A stretch of DNA of 63,980 nucleotides, counting the filler, from Nitrospinota bacterium (GTDB lineage: Bacteria > JAUXIQ01): assembly GCA_030620925.1 (NCBI GenBank). It is 13 parts of 13 records of this genome, joined end to end, with 100 filler letters (N's around TTAATTAATTAA, not from the genome) between each part and the next. Parts side by side here need not be neighbours in the genome. Positions count along the whole stretch, not along the records: positions 27,120 to 30,264 come from JAUXIQ010000356.1; positions 30,365 to 32,995 come from JAUXIQ010000428.1; positions 33,096 to 41,046 come from JAUXIQ010000077.1; 10 more parts are not named here. One strand, 5' to 3'. The notes under the pieces were generated by a model that was not told the origin of the DNA, ran no database searches, and worked only from the letters and a program-made list of their open reading frames with translations. A program made the position numbers and the translations under genes. This document shows positions 29,430 through 39,550 of this stretch, piece after piece; within the stretch, counting starts at the first letter, position 1, and each line of letters opens with the position of its first letter.

Positions 29430-30264
29430 ATGACTGATAATAAAAACAGCGGGGCTCAAGATAACAAAATATTTTACGGCTGGGTGATAGTCATCGCTTC
29501 TTTCTTCTCAGTGGCTATCATGATGGGATTGGTCTTTTCGTTCGGGGTCTTTCTGAAACCCCTCCAGGAGCACTTTCTGTGGAGCAGGGCCTCGATATCC
29601 ATCACCACATCCATCAACTGGACGACGCTGGGGCTGTTCTCTCTGCTGTTCGGTTTTCTGTCGGACAGGGTGGGGATCAGAAAAGTCGCCTACACGGGGG
29701 GGGTGATCTTCGGCGCCGGACTCCTGCTTACCAGCCAGGTAGAGGAGTTATGGCAGCTTTATATAACCTTCGGGGTAATGACCGGCGTGGGCATGGGGGC
29801 CTTCTATGTGCCCCTGAATTCCCTGGCCGCCAAGTGGTTTGATAAGAAACGCGGAATCGCAGTGGCCACCGTTTCTTCAGGCAGCGGGCTGGGTGTTCTG
29901 ATATTCTCCCCCTTCAGCCGGTTCCTTATCGATACGGTGGGATTCCGTTGGGCTTACGTAGTGCTGGGATTGATAGTATTGGGGGTGGTCCTTCCCCTAT
30001 CCAGATTGCTGCGCAACGCACCAGGGGATACAACCGAAAATAATGCCGGGGATGGTTTTCAGTCAGGAACTGTTGAGGTTAAACAGGAGGTCAGCTCCAG
30101 CTTCAAAACTCCCGCTTTCTGGGGATTGACGCTGACCCATTTCCTGTGCTGTACGGCGCATTCCGGCCCCATCTATCATCTAGTGGCCTTCGCCACCGAC
30201 TCGGGCATCCCCAAAATGACCGCGGCAACCATTTTCGGGGTGATGGGAATATCCAATTTTCTGG
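29430..30264 (+). CDS. MFS transporter (OFA/MCT-like), 3'-truncated
   Basis: FYGWVIV, FGVFLKPL, GFLSDRVGIR and WFDKKRGIA. Confidence 0.92.
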
Positions 30265-30364
30265 NNNNNNNNNNNNNNNNNNNNNNNNNNNNNNNNNNNN
30301 NNNNNNNNTTAATTAATTAANNNNNNNNNNNNNNNNNNNNNNNNNNNNNNNNNNNNNNNNNNNN

Positions 30365-30702
30365 AATTCAGCAAGTACAAGCTGGTGGCCGAAGTCACCC
30401 AATCTTCCAACTGTACCTTCAGCCTCAAAGAAGGGGAGAAGCTGGTATTCGCTTCCAACGGCCTGCTTCTGCCTGAAGAATGTACGGCGAACCTCTGTCT
30501 GTGGGCGATGGCTCCTCTGCTTCCCTTCAGTTTCATGACTTACGATCACCTTTACCACGGGATAGACCCATGTTCATTTTTCCCGGACACGATTAAGTGT
30601 GCCGACACCGGTGTGGGCTGTGGCGGCTTCGGTGAGGTGGCGTTCAAGGTCTCTTGCATCGAGAGCCCCTGGACGCTGAAAGAGATACTGGGCGGGCAAT
30701 AG
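30365..30702 (+). CDS. Cys-rich hypothetical protein, 5'-truncated
   Basis: Open frame from the contig start with C...LCLWA...CADTGVGCGGFG; appears co-transcribed with the crotonase. Confidence 0.7.
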
Positions 30703-30752
30703 ACGGAGCGGCTTCACTATAGTTCAGCTTGATAAAGGCGAGGAGATTGTTG

Positions 30753-31556
30753 ATGAGCAAGGTGATAACTGAGAGGGATGAAAAGGTTTTCATCATAACC
30801 GTTAACCGGCCGGAAAAGGAAAACTGCATAGACCGCGAGGTGGCTTCCAAATTGGAGGAAGCCTGGAAAGAATTCCGCGACGATGAGGAGCTTTACGTGG
30901 CTATTATCACCGGCACCGGTGATAAGACGTTCTGTTCCGGCGCAGACCTCAGCGCAGTGACCGAACTCGGCCCTGAACCAGAGACCAGCGCCCACCGCAT
31001 GCGGTGGCTGATAACTCACGGTCCCGGATACATAGGCTATTCTCGCGGCGTTGATATCTACAAACCCATAATAGGAGCCATCAACGGCTACGCGCTGGCG
31101 GGGGGATTGGAGCTGGCCTGCATGGCCGATATTCGTATAGCCTCGGAGAACGCACAGTTTGGAGTGGCCAACCGCCGCTGGAACGTGCCCCTGGTGGACG
31201 GGGGAACGCAGCGTCTTCCCCGCATTATCGGTATGGGCAGAGCCCTTGACCTGATCATCACCGGCCGCTTTATCGATGCCCAAGAAGCGCATTCCATGGG
31301 CCTGGTGAACGAGGTGGTTCCAAGAGGAAAAGCCCTGGAGAGGTCATTGGAGCTGGCCAAACATATATGCCTGCTTCCGCAGGGGGCCATGCGCACGGAT
31401 AAGCAGGCGGCCATGATGGGTTTCGGCCGTCCGCTGGAGGAGGGACTCCGCATAGAAGCTGAAGTGGGGCAGGGCTCGATGAGGAGTCAGGATATGCTCG
31501 AAGGCGCCAGGGCCTTCGTCGAGAAGCGTAAGCCCAAATTCATCCAGGACGCTTGA
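30753..31556 (+). CDS. Enoyl-CoA hydratase/isomerase (crotonase family)
   Basis: NRPEKEN, FCSGADL, KPIIGAINGYALAGGLELA and GGTQRLPRIIG. Confidence 0.95.
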   Translation: MSKVITERDEKVFIITVNRPEKENCIDREVASKLEEAWKEFRDDEELYVAIITGTGDKTFCSGADLSAVTELGPEPETSAHRMRWLITHGPGYIGYSRGVDIYKPIIGAINGYALAGGLELACMADIRIASENAQFGVANRRWNVPLVDGGTQRLPRIIGMGRALDLIITGRFIDAQEAHSMGLVNEVVPRGKALERSLELAKHICLLPQGAMRTDKQAAMMGFGRPLEEGLRIEAEVGQGSMRSQDMLEGARAFVEKRKPKFIQDA

Positions 31557-31644
31557 GGAGTTGGGAAAACCTTTCTGAAGCATCGCCTGCCGCGGGACTC
31601 AGATTGACAGGAGGGGCAAGGCTTGCCTTGCCTTTGCTTCTAAA

Positions 31645-31920
31645 GTAGGAGCGGCATCCCGTGGCAGGTGGGATCGTGACCAAATATTTATATTCACCCT
31701 CTCACACTCACACCAAAGGAACGCCCCGTGGATAGCTGGGCTCCCCACTTGAAGAGAATCAATATATGCGAAACCCTCTTTTTCATGTAGAGACAATTCA
31801 TGAATTGCCTCTACGAGTGGTTGCATTTCAACTGAGTAGGGTTTCACATATTTTTTGATCGCGCCTGGAAGGAGCTACTACAGGGGTTTCGCGGCGTAGG
31901 AGCGGCATCTTGCCGCGATA
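31645..31920. repeat. GTAG-type REP palindromes
   Basis: GTAGAGACAATTCATGAATTGCCTCTAC (31787-31814), GTAGGAGCGGCATC (31645 and 31896) and TCGCGCCTGGAAGG (31859); related copies at about 18767-18822. Confidence 0.75.
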
Positions 31921-32021
31921 GTTTTATCCCGGTGTTTAAAAAAAAGGCCCTCAGGTATTCTGAGGGCCGGAGAGAAATTAAATTATAGACTCGCCTGCCA
32001 AGCGCTTTTATGCTTATATCT

Positions 32022-32995
32022 CTATCCGATGGTGGCCATGGGGACACCGACTCCGTAAACTTCCTGCAGCGCAGTGACTACCTCGCCGTGGGTTACGTCG
32101 GCTTGCACCGCCTGGATGACCGCCTCGAACAAGTTAGCGTCTTCATCCTCAGCGGCTCCTTTGAGGTCGTCAATGGCGGCCCTGACCCTGGCCTGATCGC
32201 GGTCTATTCTGAGTTTTTTAATGCGCTCGATGTGCCGGTTAACCGCCTGAGGGTTGGGTCGTGGTATAGGTGGCCTTACGTCTTCTTTCTCCGGGATTAC
32301 GTAGTCGTTGAGGCCCACTACTATGCGCTCTTTGTTGTCAATCGACCTCTGGTATTCCAGCGAGGACCTCTCGATCTCGGACTGAATGAAAACTTTCTTA
32401 ACCGCCTCTAACATGCCTCCCAGGTCGTCTATCTTGTGGATATATTCCCAGATTTTTTCCTCTATCTGATCGGTGAGCGTCTCCAGGTAATAGGAGCCGC
32501 CCAGGGGGTCTATGACGTCCGCCGCCCCCGTTTCTTCGGCGATGATGTTCTGTGTCATCAAGGCCACCCGGGCAGCTTCCCGCGAGGGACTGCTAAGGGC
32601 TTCGTCGTAGGCGTCGGTATGCAGGGATTGGGCGCCGCCCAGTACCGCCGCCAGGGCCTGGAAAGCCACGCGGGCGATGTTGTTCTGCACCTGCTGCCTG
32701 GTAAGCTCCCGGCCGGAGGTCTGGGCGTGGAACTTCATTCTCATTGAGCGCGGGTCTTTTGCTCCGAAACGCTCTTTCAGGAGCTTCGCCCAGACTCTTC
32801 TTCCCGCCCTGAACTTGGCCGCTTCCTCGAAGATGCTTATAGTCACGTCGAAGAAGAAGGAGAAGCGGGGTGCGAAATCGTCCACGTTCATGCCCTTTTT
32901 CACGCACTGGTCGATATAGTATATGCCAGAGGCGATGGTGAAGGCCATCTCCTGAGCCGGCGTGGCCCCCGCCTGCTGCATGTGCTGCCCTATGA
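32022..32995 (-). CDS. Second B12 acyl-CoA mutase large subunit, 5'-truncated
   Basis: IGQHMQQAGATPAQE, FAPRFSFFF, AKFRAGRR, HAQTSG, QSLHTDAYDE and DPLGGSYYLE. Confidence 0.95.
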
Positions 32996-33095
32996 NNNNN
33001 NNNNNNNNNNNNNNNNNNNNNNNNNNNNNNNNNNNNNNNTTAATTAATTAANNNNNNNNNNNNNNNNNNNNNNNNNNNNNNNNNNNNNNNNNNNN

Positions 33096-33367
33096 GCGCC
33101 ATCGGGTTTATGGTCTCCATCAGCACCAATCAGATCACCCCCACCTTCGGCCTCACCGCCACCATAAAGGGGCTTGTGGTGATGATACTGGGGGGCATAG
33201 GAAGCATTCCGGGCGCCATCATCGGGGGGCTGTTACTGGGCGTGGTGGAGTTTCAGGGGTTGTGGTTCCTGGGGGTGGACTACAGGGACATGCTGGCATA
33301 TTCGCTCCTCTTCGTCTTCCTGGTGTTCAGGCCCTGGGGCCTGATGGGCAGACCGGAGGAAATGTAA
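33096..33367 (+). CDS. livH: Branched-chain amino acid ABC permease, C-terminal part
   Basis: KGLVVMILGGIGSIPGAIIGG and FRPWGLMG. Confidence 0.85.
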
Positions 33368-33390
33368 ATAATAAAAGGGAGCTTTTAAAC

Positions 33391-34311
33391 GTGGAATATT
33401 GGATCAGCGTCTTCAGCCTTCTGGGCATACATGCGATGATGGCCCTCAGCGTCTACATAATCATGTCCACCGGCCAGATCACCTTCGGGCAGCAGGGTTT
33501 CTTCGCCATAGGGGCCTATCTTTCCGCCTTTGCCACCGCCATGTGGGGTTTCTCTCTGTTGACCGCCATGATTCTGTCCGGCCTGGTAGCGGCGGCCTTC
33601 GGGCTTGCCGTGGGTTTCCCTGCACTGCGCATCAGGGGCTTCTACCTGGCCATCGCCACCCTGGCTTTTGCGGAAATCGTGCGCCTCTTTTTTCTGAACC
33701 TCACCTACCAGAAGGAAATAGGAGGCAGGCTCATAGGCCCCGACGGAGCCCACGGCTTCCGGCACATCGACTATATCGTCCATCACCAGTTAACCCTGCC
33801 GAAATATATGGGCATAATCTACCTGACGTTGGGGATTTTCGTGGTTTTCTTCATTCTGCTGGAGAGGTCACGCGTGGGATCGGCGTTCAAATCCGTGGAA
33901 GAGGACGAAACGGCCGCTTCCATGCTGGGGCTCAACATCACCACCATAAAAGTCTCCGCCTTCACCATGGGGGCGTTCATCGCAGGTGTGGCGGGGGCGC
34001 TTTACGTGCATTACATGCAGTTCGTGGTGCAGGATTTCTTCGGCATTAACATCGGCATCTTCTTCATGGCCTACGTCTTGATAGGGGGCGTGGGCTCTTT
34101 TGTGGGGCCGCTGCTGGGGGCCACCATGCTGGTTCTTTTGACCGAAGTCCTGCGATTCATGCAGGATTACAGGATGATCCTGTATGGAGGGCTAATCATA
34201 GCGGTGGTCATCTTCCGGCCTCGGGGCATAATAGACGAAGTCCTGGTTCACAGGCTTCGGATGCTGCTGAAGAAAACGCCCCCGATTCCGGAACAGGTTG
34301 AAGATAAATAG
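33391..34311 (+). CDS. livM: Branched-chain amino acid ABC permease
   Basis: GQITFGQQGFFAIGAY, LRIRGFYLAIATLAFAE and RPRGI. Confidence 0.9.
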   Translation: MEYWISVFSLLGIHAMMALSVYIIMSTGQITFGQQGFFAIGAYLSAFATAMWGFSLLTAMILSGLVAAAFGLAVGFPALRIRGFYLAIATLAFAEIVRLFFLNLTYQKEIGGRLIGPDGAHGFRHIDYIVHHQLTLPKYMGIIYLTLGIFVVFFILLERSRVGSAFKSVEEDETAASMLGLNITTIKVSAFTMGAFIAGVAGALYVHYMQFVVQDFFGINIGIFFMAYVLIGGVGSFVGPLLGATMLVLLTEVLRFMQDYRMILYGGLIIAVVIFRPRGIIDEVLVHRLRMLLKKTPPIPEQVEDK

Positions 34312-34366
34312 GGCGTATAGAGATACGCCCAGGTTCATATAAATAGACTCAGGGAGGCGACCAGGA

Positions 34367-35143
34367 ATGGAGCAGACGAAAAACGGACCCATATTAGCGC
34401 TGGACAAGGTGACCAAAAACTTCGGCGGGCTCACGGCCTTGAATAAAGTGGACCTGGAGGTACAGGAAGGGGAGATATTAGGCCTCATCGGGCCCAACGG
34501 CTCTGGCAAGACCACCGCCTTCAACGCCATAACCGGCGTGTTTCCCGCCACCTCGGGGAAAGTGCTTTTCAAGGGTCAGGACATCACCAGGATTAAGACT
34601 TATAATATTGTGAGAAGCGGCATCGCCCGCACCTTCCAGAACATCCGCCTGTTCAACAGGATGACCGTTTTCGACAACGTCAAGATCGGGCAGTACCACA
34701 GGGGCAAATCGGTCTTCACCAGCATAGTCTCCTTCGGGTCCAAAGATGAACGATTACTCAGGGAAAAGGTCGAGGAAATACTGGAGTTCACCGGCCTGAA
34801 GGACATGCGATACAGCCTGGCTGCCAGCCTCTCATACGGTGATCAGCGCAGGCTGGAAATAGCCCGCGCTTTCGCCACCGACCCTGAGCTTCTCCTTCTT
34901 GACGAGCCCGCTGCGGGACTCAATCCCAAAGAGGCCGAAGAGCTGATGGAAGAGATACTGAAAATCCGCAAACAGGGGAAGACCATACTCCTCATCGAAC
35001 ATGACATGAACGTGGTTATGGGCCTATCGGACCGACTGGCCGTTCTCAATTTCGGCGAAAAGATAGCTGAAGGCTCTCCCGGGCAAATACAGGAGAACCC
35101 GAGAGTCATCGAGGCATATCTGGGGAAGGAGAAAAAGTACTGA
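34367..35143 (+). CDS. livG: Branched-chain amino acid ABC ATPase
   Basis: GPNGSGKT, RTFQNIRLF, LSYGDQRRLEIARA, LLLDEPAAG and VIEAYLG. Confidence 0.95.
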   Translation: MEQTKNGPILALDKVTKNFGGLTALNKVDLEVQEGEILGLIGPNGSGKTTAFNAITGVFPATSGKVLFKGQDITRIKTYNIVRSGIARTFQNIRLFNRMTVFDNVKIGQYHRGKSVFTSIVSFGSKDERLLREKVEEILEFTGLKDMRYSLAASLSYGDQRRLEIARAFATDPELLLLDEPAAGLNPKEAEELMEEILKIRKQGKTILLIEHDMNVVMGLSDRLAVLNFGEKIAEGSPGQIQENPRVIEAYLGKEKKY

Positions 35144-35871
35144 TGCTGAAAATAAAAGACCTTGTTACCCGCTACGGCAACATTACCGCAGTGAAGGGCA
35201 TTTCCCTCGAGGTGAAACAGGGGGAGATCGTTTCCATCATCGGCGCCAACGGCGCCGGCAAGAGCACCACGCTGAAGACGATATCCGGCCTGCTGAAGCC
35301 CTCGGAAGGATACATCGAGTTCCAGAACCAGAACATAGCCGGGTGGTCTCCCGATCGCATCCTCCGCGCCGGAATAGCCCAGGTGCCCGAGGGCAGGTGG
35401 ATACTGGGCGAGCTCACCGTGAGGGAAAACCTCCTCATGGGAGCCTATACCCGGAGAGATAGAGAGTCCATCAAAAAAGACATGGAACAGATACTGGAGA
35501 GTTTCCCCCCCATCGCCGACAGGATAGGCCAGTACGGCAACACCCTCAGCGGCGGCGAGCGGCAGATGCTGGCCATAGGCAGGGCGCTCATGTCCAGACC
35601 CTCGCTCCTCCTCCTTGATGAACCCTCGCTGGGACTGGCCCCCATAATCGTGGAGGAGATTTTTCGCATCATCCGTGAGCTTCACGAACAGGGGACCACC
35701 ATCCTGCTGGTGGAACAGAACGCCAGGCAGGCCCTGGAGTTCTCCCACCGGGGATACGTGATGGAGGTGGGAAAAGTTCTTCTCTCCGACAGCGGACAAA
35801 ACCTGCTGGATAACGATATGGTGGTCAACGCCTATTTAGGCGTCCGCAGGAGTGAGACTTCTCAAAACTGA
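35143..35871 (+). CDS. livF: Branched-chain amino acid ABC ATPase
   Basis: GANGAGKST, VPEGR, LSGGERQMLAIGRAL and LDEPSLGLAP. Confidence 0.95.
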   Translation: MLKIKDLVTRYGNITAVKGISLEVKQGEIVSIIGANGAGKSTTLKTISGLLKPSEGYIEFQNQNIAGWSPDRILRAGIAQVPEGRWILGELTVRENLLMGAYTRRDRESIKKDMEQILESFPPIADRIGQYGNTLSGGERQMLAIGRALMSRPSLLLLDEPSLGLAPIIVEEIFRIIRELHEQGTTILLVEQNARQALEFSHRGYVMEVGKVLLSDSGQNLLDNDMVVNAYLGVRRSETSQN

Positions 35872-35974
35872 GGCCGGACTCTCTCTAATTCAAACTTCTC
35901 CAACGGCCCCCCAGCTTTCTGAAAGCACCTTCCCGGAAACGCTAAGGAAGGCCGAAAGCTCCGTCTATTCTTTC

Positions 35975-36997
35975 TCAAGGCTCGATGATCACCTTGATGG
36001 AATCATCGGCTTTGGCCACCAGTTGAAAGCCCCGGGCTGTTTCCTCAAGGCCCAGCCTGTGGGTAATCATATCTTTAACGTTAACCGTCCCTGCTCGTAT
36101 AAGCGCCAGTGCCGTCTCGTGGTCCGCAGGGCTGCCCGCATAGCTGGTGGTGAGGGTTATATCGTTGCGAAAGAAAAGGTTGTTAATTGAGATGGGGACG
36201 GTTACACCTTCATCGGTGGGGGCGAAGAAAAGGACCGTGCCCCCCCGCTCGACCGATTGCAGGGCCTGCTCGTTGGCCGACAGGGCGCCGGTGCACACTA
36301 TCACCAGGTCCGCAAGCCTGCCATTGTTGAATCGCCGGAAAAGGGCCGGTGCGTCTTCTTTTGCATTGATGGCCAGCTCGGCGCCGAACTTCTCGGCGGC
36401 TTTAAGCCGGTAGTCGCTGATGTCCGTGGCCGCTATGCGGCCCGCTCCCAGGGCCCGCGCAAGGTTTATATAGAGCAGGCCTGCGATGCCGCTCCCCATA
36501 ACCAGGACGCTATGGCCCGGCTTCAACCCCGCCATCCTCGCGCCCCTCAGAACGCAGGCCAGCGGCTCGGTGAAAGTGGCCTCTTCATCAGTCACTTCAT
36601 CGGGTATCAGGTAAACGCCCCGCTCCGTATTTATGGGCGGCAGCCGGACGAACTCCCCGAACCCTCCGGGGTCGAAAGAGGTGGAGCGCAGGGTGTCGCA
36701 CACGGTGTGGTGGCCGCTCAGGCAGTAGTAGCAGGTGTTGCAGGGCACGTGGTGCGAGGCGGATACCCTGTCGCCCTCCTTGTAGCGGGTTACTCCCTCA
36801 CCCACTTCCGCCACCTCACCGGCTATCTCGTGGCCCAACACCAGCGGCGCTTTGGGGAGGCGATACCATTCCATAACGTCGCTGCCGCAGATGCCGCCGG
36901 CCCTGATGCGCACCAGCATCTCACCGGGCCCTATTTGCGGCTTGGGCATCTCCTCCAGCCGCACGTCGCTGTTGTTGTAATACATCGCTACGCGCAT
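35975..36997 (-). CDS. Zinc-dependent dehydrogenase (sorbitol/L-iditol dehydrogenase-like)
   Basis: GICGSD, GHE, CNTCYYC..C structural Zn site and GSGIAG. Confidence 0.92.
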   Translation of the reverse strand: MRVAMYYNNSDVRLEEMPKPQIGPGEMLVRIRAGGICGSDVMEWYRLPKAPLVLGHEIAGEVAEVGEGVTRYKEGDRVSASHHVPCNTCYYCLSGHHTVCDTLRSTSFDPGGFGEFVRLPPINTERGVYLIPDEVTDEEATFTEPLACVLRGARMAGLKPGHSVLVMGSGIAGLLYINLARALGAGRIAATDISDYRLKAAEKFGAELAINAKEDAPALFRRFNNGRLADLVIVCTGALSANEQALQSVERGGTVLFFAPTDEGVTVPISINNLFFRNDITLTTSYAGSPADHETALALIRAGTVNVKDMITHRLGLEETARGFQLVAKADDSIKVIIEP

Positions 36998-37009
36998 TGT
37001 GTATTAATT

Positions 37010-37142
37010 GAGTAACCCTTTTTGAAAAAAGGGTTACTCAAACTCCTCCCTAAAACTATTTGACATGGCATACATAAAAGTCTTTGGAGGGGGTTTAAGG
37101 GGCCCCGTGTTCCGCGGGATTCGAGAAAGGTTCCCCCTTAAC
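37010..37142. repeat. Intergenic palindromic element
   Basis: GAGTAACCCTTTTT-G-AAAAAAGGGTTACTC inverted repeat followed by further stem-forming arms (CTCCCTAAAACT...AGTCTTTGGAG; TTAAGGGG...CCCCTTAA). Confidence 0.6.
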
Positions 37143-37150
37143 ATTTCCTG

Positions 37151-37945
37151 TTAAACTCCGCTCTTGGCCCCGGCAAGGCTGTTGAAGAGGTCGAAAGCTT
37201 CTTCGGGTTTGGCGTTCTCGTGGACCACGGCCCGCACGGCCTGGATCATGGCCGTCGGGTGTTCGGACTGGAAGATGGTCCTGCCCATGTCCACCCCGGA
37301 AGCGCCTTCCTGGATGGCGTTATAGCTCAGCTTGAGCGCTTCGAGCTCTTCTATCTTCTTGCCGCCCGCCATGACCAGCGGCACCGGGCATCCACCCACC
37401 ACCTGCTCGAAATCCTCGCAGTAGTATGTCTTGACGAAGTGGGCGCCCAGCTCCGCCGCTATGCGGCAGGCCAATCCCAGGTAGCGGGCGTCGCGGGCCA
37501 TCTCCCTGCCCACAGCGGTTACCGCCAGCACCGGAATGCCGTATCTCTCGCCTTCGTTCACCAGTTTGGACAGCGATACCAGCGTCTGCTTCTCATGTTC
37601 CGCGCCCACGAATATGGAGAGGGTCACCGCCGCTACGTTCAGGCGGATGGCCTCTTCCATGCTGGTGGTGATGTCCTCATTGGACAGCTCTTTGAGGATG
37701 CTGCTGCCGCCGGACACCCTCAAAACTATGGGCACATCGGCTCCGGGATCGACGCTGGTGCGCAGCACGCCCCTGGTGAGCATGAGCGCATCGGCGTAGG
37801 GGACCAGCGGACTGATGGTGCCCGCAGGCTGTTCCAGGCCGGTGGTCGGCCCCTGAAAGTAGCCGTGATCGATGGCCAGCATGACCGTCCTGCCCGTTTG
37901 CGGTTTAATGACCCGTGCGAGGCGGTTTCTCATTCCCCAGTCCAT
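37151..37945 (-). CDS. lsrF: 3-hydroxy-5-phosphonooxypentane-2,4-dione thiolase LsrF (class I aldolase fold)
   Basis: [43 protein letters not shown] and GVDMGR. Confidence 0.92.
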   Translation of the reverse strand: MDWGMRNRLARVIKPQTGRTVMLAIDHGYFQGPTTGLEQPAGTISPLVPYADALMLTRGVLRTSVDPGADVPIVLRVSGGSSILKELSNEDITTSMEEAIRLNVAAVTLSIFVGAEHEKQTLVSLSKLVNEGERYGIPVLAVTAVGREMARDARYLGLACRIAAELGAHFVKTYYCEDFEQVVGGCPVPLVMAGGKKIEELEALKLSYNAIQEGASGVDMGRTIFQSEHPTAMIQAVRAVVHENAKPEEAFDLFNSLAGAKSGV

Positions 37946-38132
37946 GATGGTTACTCCTATTTTATAAACATAACTTAAGTGCCGGTAAATCCACCCCTTT
38001 TCGGAACCTCAGTAGCGGGGCTGCCGCCCCGGGTAATCCTTCAGACTCTATAATACACAAGCGCGCCGAAGGGGGCAAGCTCGTTGTAACCTGCCGGGGC
38101 AGATGCATCCTTTGAGAACATCTCCCCTGCCC

Positions 38133-38314
38133 GGGGTTGCTCCTACCCCCCCCATTGCTTAAGCAACCTCCGCCTAAAATTTTCACCACCAGGACACAAA
38201 GACACGGTAAGAACTACAGATAAATACCGATTCTCAATAACTTTGTGCCTCTATTCCCTTAGTGCCTTTGTGGTGAATCTTTTCTATCTGTGTCAATCTG
38301 TGTTCATCTGTGGT
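38133..38314. repeat. Second copy of the dispersed MITE-like repeat cluster
   Basis: Shares TTGCTTAAGCAACCTCC, TTAGTGCCTTTGTGGTG and (inverted) ACCAC(A/T)GATGAACACAGAT with 26530-26965. Confidence 0.75.
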
Positions 38315-38489
38315 TTAAAACCACCTCTATAGAATAGATACACAAATCCAAGGTTCGGGCGGGATATATCTTTAGATTCAATCAGTTACGGACCTGAAAT
38401 ATGATCTTTGAGAGGGGGATAATCCAAGGTCCCTTTTTAGCGAAAAAGGCAGGATACCATCCATAGATTGAGGAGCATGGCGGGGTGGT

Positions 38490-39524
38490 TCATTTTTTTC
38501 TTCCTGAGGCTTTACTGAGGGCTTTCAGAAACCCTGGATGGACTTCCATGCCCAAACTCTGCGCCTTATGGACGTCTTCCCATGCTCTATCGTATTCATT
38601 TTTATAATAAAAAGAGATTGCCCTGTTATTGTAGGCCGAAGCATGGGTGGGGTTTATTTTTATGGCTTCGCTGTAATCGGCGACGGCAAGATCGTATTGG
38701 CGCCAGCGGCTGTAGATAAACCCACGATTGTCATAGGCAACTACAAACTTGGGGTCAAACTCTATGGCTTTGCTGAAATCGACGACGGCAAGATCGTATT
38801 GGCCCTTGTCTCTTGCGCGGGAAACCCCCCGGTTATAGTATGCCTTAGCATATCCCAGGTTCAGCTCTATGGCTTTGCTGAAATCGGTTATGGCAAGGTC
38901 GTGTTGACCTTTGCGGGAGTAGACGAGCCCTCGATTGTAGTAGGCAATCGCATGCCCTGGGTTAAGCTCAATGGCCTTGCTGTCATCAGCGAGGGCAAGA
39001 TCATATTGGCCCTGGTCATCATAGGCGTTCCCCCTGTTCAAATAAGCCCCAACATACCCCGGGTTCAGCTCAATGGCTTTGCTGAAATCGGCGATGGCTT
39101 TGTCATGTTGGTCTTTGCTATCATAGATAATTCCCCGGTTGTTGTAGGCTTTAGCGTAGTCGGGGTTCAGTTCTATGGCCTTTGTAAATTCCGCAATTTG
39201 TTTATCCAGCATCCCTTCATTGCCGTATGCTGCCCCTTTGAACAGATGAACGGCGGTTTCTTTTTTTATCCTTCGGGTAGTTGCGTCTTCAATGACTTTC
39301 AGGCTCACTTCAGCAGGTTTTACGAACCTGCCGGCTTCCACCGCTTTCTTGAATTCTATCTTTGCTTCTTCAAATTTCCCTTCAGCGGCGTAATCCACAC
39401 CTCTAAAGTAGCTTTCTTGGGCAGGGCTCCGGGCATGCCCGACGCCGACCGCTAAAAGCAGTGCCACCAAAACCGGTGCAAATGATCTGGTCGGAATTTT
39501 CACGGTATCCCCCTCTATCCGCAT
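38490..39524 (-). CDS. Exported TPR-repeat protein
   Basis: Signal peptide and about seven 34-aa repeats AYxNRG...AIADFSKAIELNP. Confidence 0.93.
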   Translation of the reverse strand: MRIEGDTVKIPTRSFAPVLVALLLAVGVGHARSPAQESYFRGVDYAAEGKFEEAKIEFKKAVEAGRFVKPAEVSLKVIEDATTRRIKKETAVHLFKGAAYGNEGMLDKQIAEFTKAIELNPDYAKAYNNRGIIYDSKDQHDKAIADFSKAIELNPGYVGAYLNRGNAYDDQGQYDLALADDSKAIELNPGHAIAYYNRGLVYSRKGQHDLAITDFSKAIELNLGYAKAYYNRGVSRARDKGQYDLAVVDFSKAIEFDPKFVVAYDNRGFIYSRWRQYDLAVADYSEAIKINPTHASAYNNRAISFYYKNEYDRAWEDVHKAQSLGMEVHPGFLKALSKASGRKK

Positions 39525-39550
39525 ACAACCAAGGTTGGAATCCGTCCGGT

